Shown here one piece after another: positions 45,382 through 48,513 of a stretch of DNA of 48,513 nt. Position numbers and translations under genes: made by a program. Where the stretch lies: contig SICU01000001.1 in NCBI GenBank assembly GCA_009694755.1, positions 1-48,513 of the forward strand, read 5' to 3'. This stretch comes from Candidatus Pacearchaeota archaeon (GTDB lineage Archaea; Nanobdellota; Nanobdellia; Pacearchaeales; GW2011-AR1). The notes beneath the pieces are model-generated. The model saw only the letters and a list, made by a program, of their open reading frames with translations. It was not told where the DNA came from and searched no databases. Numbering within the stretch: position 1 is the first letter of the stretch; the number at the start of each line of letters is the position of its first letter.

Positions 45382-46671
45382 ATGGGTGACTCTCTTCAAA
45401 AAATATTGCGTGAGCAAACGGTTAAGTTAAAACCTGTCAAATATGAATTGAAACCGATAAAAGATTTAACTGCGAAATTTGTTAAAGATTTGCGTAATGA
45501 ATTGAAAGTTAATGAGGTTGAAGCTGAAGTTTTCATTGGAGGAAGTTTTGCAAAAAATACTTTTTTGAAATCTAAACAATATGATGTTGATGTATTTATA
45601 AGATTTAATTGGAAGTATGTTCAAATTTCTAGTGAACTTGAAAAAATTTTAGTTCCAATGTGCAATCGACTCGAATTACGCTTTGAAAAAATTCACGGAA
45701 GTAGAGACTATTTTAGAGTTTATCATGCTGATTCAAAAAATTATTTTGAAGTTATTCCAGTTACAAAAATAAAAAAACCTAAAGAGGAAAGAAATATTAC
45801 CGATTTAAGTTATTTTCACGTGCCTTATGTTACTAAAAGATTAAAAGGAATTGAAGACCAAGTGAGATTAACGAAACAATTTTTCAAAGCTCAAAGAGTT
45901 TATGGTGCCGAAACTTATGTTCGAGGATTTTCAGGATATACTGTTGAATTATTGATAATAAAATATAAAAGTTTTCTAAAACTTATTAAAGCCTTATTGA
46001 AATTTGATGCAAATCAAAGGGATGTGATAGATATTGAAAAAGATTATAAAAATAAAAACGAAGTGTTTATTCAACTTAACGAAGCTAAATTACATTCGCC
46101 TATAATTTTAATTGACCCAACTTATAAAGAAAGAAATGCTCTTGCCGCATTGAGCAGAGACACTTTGGTTAAACTTCAAAATTCAATCAAACGTTTCTTG
46201 AAAAAACCTTCTTTTGAATTTTTTATTTTGCGTGAACCTGAAATAAGTATTTTGAAAAATAAGGCTCTAAAAAATAAACAGGAATTTTTAGCAATTACTT
46301 TGAGCACAGATAAACAACACGGAGATATTGCTGGAACTAAACTGAAAAAATTTACCGAAGTCTTACATCGTGAATTAAATATTTATTTTAATGTTAAAAA
46401 TCTGGACTTTTTCTATTCTGGAGAACAAATTGGTAATGTATATATTTCTTTAATTCCGAAAAAAGAAATTATTCGTATTGGGCCACCTATTGAAATGAAA
46501 AAACATTCTTCAAGATTTAAATCTCAACATTCATCTACTTTTGTAAAAAACAAAAGATGGCACGCACGTCTTCCAGTTCTCAACGATGCTCGCGCTTTCT
46601 TAGATTCTTGGAAAATGGCTAATAAAAAAATGATGGCACAGATGCATATTGTGTCTATGAGTATAGAATAA
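45382..46671 (+). CDS. cca: Archaeal class I CCA-adding enzyme (tRNA nucleotidyltransferase)
   Basis: FIGGSFAKNTFLKSKQYDVDVFIRF nucleotidyltransferase motif; size and layout fit archaeal CCA enzymes. Confidence 0.8.
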   Translation: MGDSLQKILREQTVKLKPVKYELKPIKDLTAKFVKDLRNELKVNEVEAEVFIGGSFAKNTFLKSKQYDVDVFIRFNWKYVQISSELEKILVPMCNRLELRFEKIHGSRDYFRVYHADSKNYFEVIPVTKIKKPKEERNITDLSYFHVPYVTKRLKGIEDQVRLTKQFFKAQRVYGAETYVRGFSGYTVELLIIKYKSFLKLIKALLKFDANQRDVIDIEKDYKNKNEVFIQLNEAKLHSPIILIDPTYKERNALAALSRDTLVKLQNSIKRFLKKPSFEFFILREPEISILKNKALKNKQEFLAITLSTDKQHGDIAGTKLKKFTEVLHRELNIYFNVKNLDFFYSGEQIGNVYISLIPKKEIIRIGPPIEMKKHSSRFKSQHSSTFVKNKRWHARLPVLNDARAFLDSWKMANKKMMAQMHIVSMSIE

Positions 46672-46893
46672 AATATAACCCAAAAATCTATTTCAATAAT
46701 CTTTGTACTTTGCCTTAAATATCCTAAGTCTATATTTTGTCTTGTAGATGGCTCGCAAAGCTCTGATTCTATATCGAATGGAGTTATTTCGATTCCTTCG
46801 TGGCTTACTTTGTGGGCAAGTGTTCCTTTTATTTTAGATATTCCTCTTTCATTTATTCCTTTAAATAAAGAAATTCTCAAAAATTTCTAATGT

Positions 46894-46999
46894 CAAAGTT
46901 TATCTGTGGAAAACTTTGAGCACCTCAAAGTCTAGAAAGACTTTGCAGTTTAATTTCTGGTCGATGCAGAGCATCGAGGTATTAAATCCAGAAATTAAA
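46894..46999. other. Cluster of three strong hairpins in an intergenic region
   Basis: CAAAGTTT-N9-AAACTTTG (46894-918). CAAAGTCT-AGAA-AGACTTTG (46926-45). TTTAATTTCTGG...CCAGAAATTAAA (12 bp, 46949-99) enclosing TCGATGC-AGA-GCATCGA. Confidence 0.7.
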
Positions 47000-47179
47000 T
47001 AAATTGATAACTTCTACCCCTTTGTATTCTCCCAATTGAACACGGGCTAAGAAAAGAGGAATGGTTTCTTCTGTCTTTGCGCAACCAATTAGATAACTAA
47101 CAATGTGTCCATCTTCATCTATCAATCTGTAAACAATAACTTCTTCTTTTCCTTAGTATTCTTTTTTTAATTCGGGCAT
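46982..47179 (-). pseudogene. Small ORF interrupted by an in-frame TAA
   Basis: MPELKKEY-TAA(47155-53)-GKEEVIVYRLIDEDGHIVSYLIGCAKTEETIPLFLARVQLGEYKGVEVINLFNFWI. Not in the track. Confidence 0.3.
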
Positions 47180-47213
47180 TTTATTTATGTTTATTCTATC
47201 CCATTATACCGAC

Positions 47214-47522
47214 TCATCTGGTACTATTATATAATGCTAAATAATTAAATAATATCGGTTTTAATTCACCTAATTCATCGTCCACTGTTCTCGCATCTGT
47301 ATCTCTTTTAGGTTCTGCGAAATGGATTGACCTTCCACATTCTAATATATGATGATAAAAAGTAATAGTGTTAGTTATTCCTCTAACTAACTCTATTGGT
47401 GTATCTTCATCAAAATTAAGAATAACTCTTCCATCTGGCTCGGAGATTATTGCCTCTAATTTTGTTGCTGAGAACAAACCGGATTTTGCTGGAGAGATAC
47501 GTAATATGTAATCTTGTTCCAT
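47214..47522 (-). CDS. Hypothetical protein
   Basis: MEQDYILRISPAKSG... from ATG 47522, directly after the TrmB stop. Confidence 0.5.
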   Translation of the reverse strand: MEQDYILRISPAKSGLFSATKLEAIISEPDGRVILNFDEDTPIELVRGITNTITFYHHILECGRSIHFAEPKRDTDARTVDDELGELKPILFNYLALYNSTR

Positions 47523-47523
47523 G

Positions 47524-48300
47524 TTAATTCCTGACCAACTTGTCAAGCATTGTTGTAAATGAATTTGCGAAATATGGAGAGTTTACCCAAATACCAACTT
47601 CTTTTTCTGCAATTTCGGGATTAATCATTAAAAGTAATTCTTTCTTGTCTATGATAAAGTATTTTCCATTTTGTTCAGATTCTTTTATTTTCAAATCGTT
47701 TCTTGAAGCAAATCTTCGAATTTTGTATTGGTCTCCGTTCAAACTTATTTTGAGTTTTACTTTTTCTTGATTAATTCCTCTGAGAACTGAAATTAATACT
47801 CTCGATTTATCTTCAAAATCTTCGATAGTTGTGTGTATGAGAATTTCTTTTTCTGCTGTGCCAATCATTTCTTTTAACTTTGATAAAATATTTGCTCTAC
47901 CAGTTATATGTCCAGATAATTCTTCTAATTTTATTGGGGAAATTCCGTCTCTGTGCAAAGTAAGTAACTCATTGTATTCTGAAGTTCCTTTCAAATTTGA
48001 TAAAGTTGTTACTTTTTCTTGAGCTTTGTTCATTACATTTGTTTGCATTCTTTCAACAACTGTCTTTGGTTCAACTGCGATATATTTTACCGGCTTGCCG
48101 ACTTTTATAATTGCAAATCCTCTTTTAGTAAGAGATTCTAGAACATCGTAAGTTCTGCTTCTTGGAACTCCTGAAATTTCTGCAGTTTCACCAGCAGTTA
48201 CGACTCCTTTAGAAAGTAATGCTAACCAAACTTTTGTCTCGTAAATATTTAAATCAAAGTTTTCTCTTACTTTATTTACTATTTCTGATTTTATTATCAT
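47524..48300 (-). CDS. TrmB-family transcriptional regulator
   Basis: FDLNIYETKVWLALLSKGVVTAGETAEISGVPRSRTYDVLESLTKRGFA. Paralogue of 9303..10121. Confidence 0.85.
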   Translation of the reverse strand: MIIKSEIVNKVRENFDLNIYETKVWLALLSKGVVTAGETAEISGVPRSRTYDVLESLTKRGFAIIKVGKPVKYIAVEPKTVVERMQTNVMNKAQEKVTTLSNLKGTSEYNELLTLHRDGISPIKLEELSGHITGRANILSKLKEMIGTAEKEILIHTTIEDFEDKSRVLISVLRGINQEKVKLKISLNGDQYKIRRFASRNDLKIKESEQNGKYFIIDKKELLLMINPEIAEKEVGIWVNSPYFANSFTTMLDKLVRN

Positions 48301-48513
48301 AGATAAGTAGCAAAATATAAGCTATATAAATGTTTCTTTTATGTTGTAACTTTAAAGGGAATACACTATGGAAAAGTTTAAAAATTGAAGTTTTTAAGAA
48401 AGATTATGACCTCAATTAATGCTATGAAATTTGGAGATATAATCCGAAAAAATCATGAAAGAGCTGAAATATAATTTATATCTGGAATTAAAGAAGCTGT
48501 GAAAAAAATCCTA

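Noticed and set aside
46524-46880. 118-aa minus-strand ORF overlapping the 3' end of cca by ~150 nt.
   Set aside because: The overlapping half is probably a shadow of cca. The non-overlapping N-terminal ~65 aa (MRISLFKGINERGISKIKGTLAHKV...) could be a gene fragment, but I have no motif support. It is not listed as a feature.
231-48022. Short ORFs antisense to or nested in long genes, for example 231..530, 2802..3023, 2818..3006, 3326..3547, 3363..3563, 5107..5322, 6427..6726, 6745..7152, 7662..7853, 8619..8936, 12382..12579, 12443..12664, 13929..14144, 14280..14522, 16622..16909, 17194..17406, 17490..17735, 17927..18124, 20507..20716, 20985..21179, 22128..22430, 22799..23038, 23628..23852, 23842..24048, 31957..32199, 34249..34443, 34632..34841, 35265..35579, 35641..35892, 35652..35963, 36504..36704, 37600..37878, 40282..40485, 41352..41561, 43968..44168, 44453..44851, 47540..47770 and 47831..48022.
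   Set aside because: These are shadow ORFs of the kind expected in AT-rich DNA with few stops on the antisense strand. Each overlaps a gene with strong family motifs, their products are low-complexity or Phe/Ile/Asn/Lys-rich, and 22799..23038 runs through the tRNA-Thr gene.

Overview
AT-rich archaeal chromosomal segment. Archaeal identity rests on class III (prepilin-type) signal peptides, TrmB regulators, archease/RtcB, an archaeal-type CCA enzyme, intron-containing tRNAs and TATA-driven leaderless genes; it looks like a small-genome DPANN-type lineage. Most content is housekeeping: ileS, argS, cca, rtcB, archease, a cyclophilin, an aminotransferase, ogg/ogt, and a Zur-like regulator divergent from a ZIP transporter. 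There is a 2-oxoacid dehydrogenase operon (E1a-lipB-E1b-E2, no E3 in the window) next to ADP-forming acetyl-CoA synthetase. A ~9 kb archaeal type IV pilus locus (26.4-35.0 kb) carries seven prepilin-like genes, a FlaI/PilB-type ATPase and two platform genes, with an ArmA/Rmt-like 16S rRNA methyltransferase on the opposite strand. Three very large Cys-rich membrane-anchored surface proteins are present. RNA genes are tRNA-Leu(UAA) and tRNA-Thr(CGU), both with canonical-position introns and no encoded CCA, and a ~257-nt GC-rich RNA best read as SRP RNA. The most unusual region is 35.5-37.6 kb, between archease and rtcB. There, several GC-rich non-coding islands carry RNase P RNA-like motifs (CR-I/P4, P5, P1, and CR-II/CR-III around a P12-like hairpin). 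They are dispersed, out of canonical order, and interleaved with protein genes. I read this as a fragmented, rearranged or decaying RNase P RNA locus. Other observations: a TATA-like 9-mer exactly 29 nt upstream of many ATGs and of the SRP RNA 5' end, implying leaderless transcription; similar elements about 31-34 nt upstream of both tRNAs; two perfect tandem repeats (92 bp seeded in the tRNA-Leu 3' end, 66 bp between pilin genes); and an HD-domain gene with an in-frame TAG and no start codon. All calls come from reading the sequence and recalling family motifs; no searches were run.
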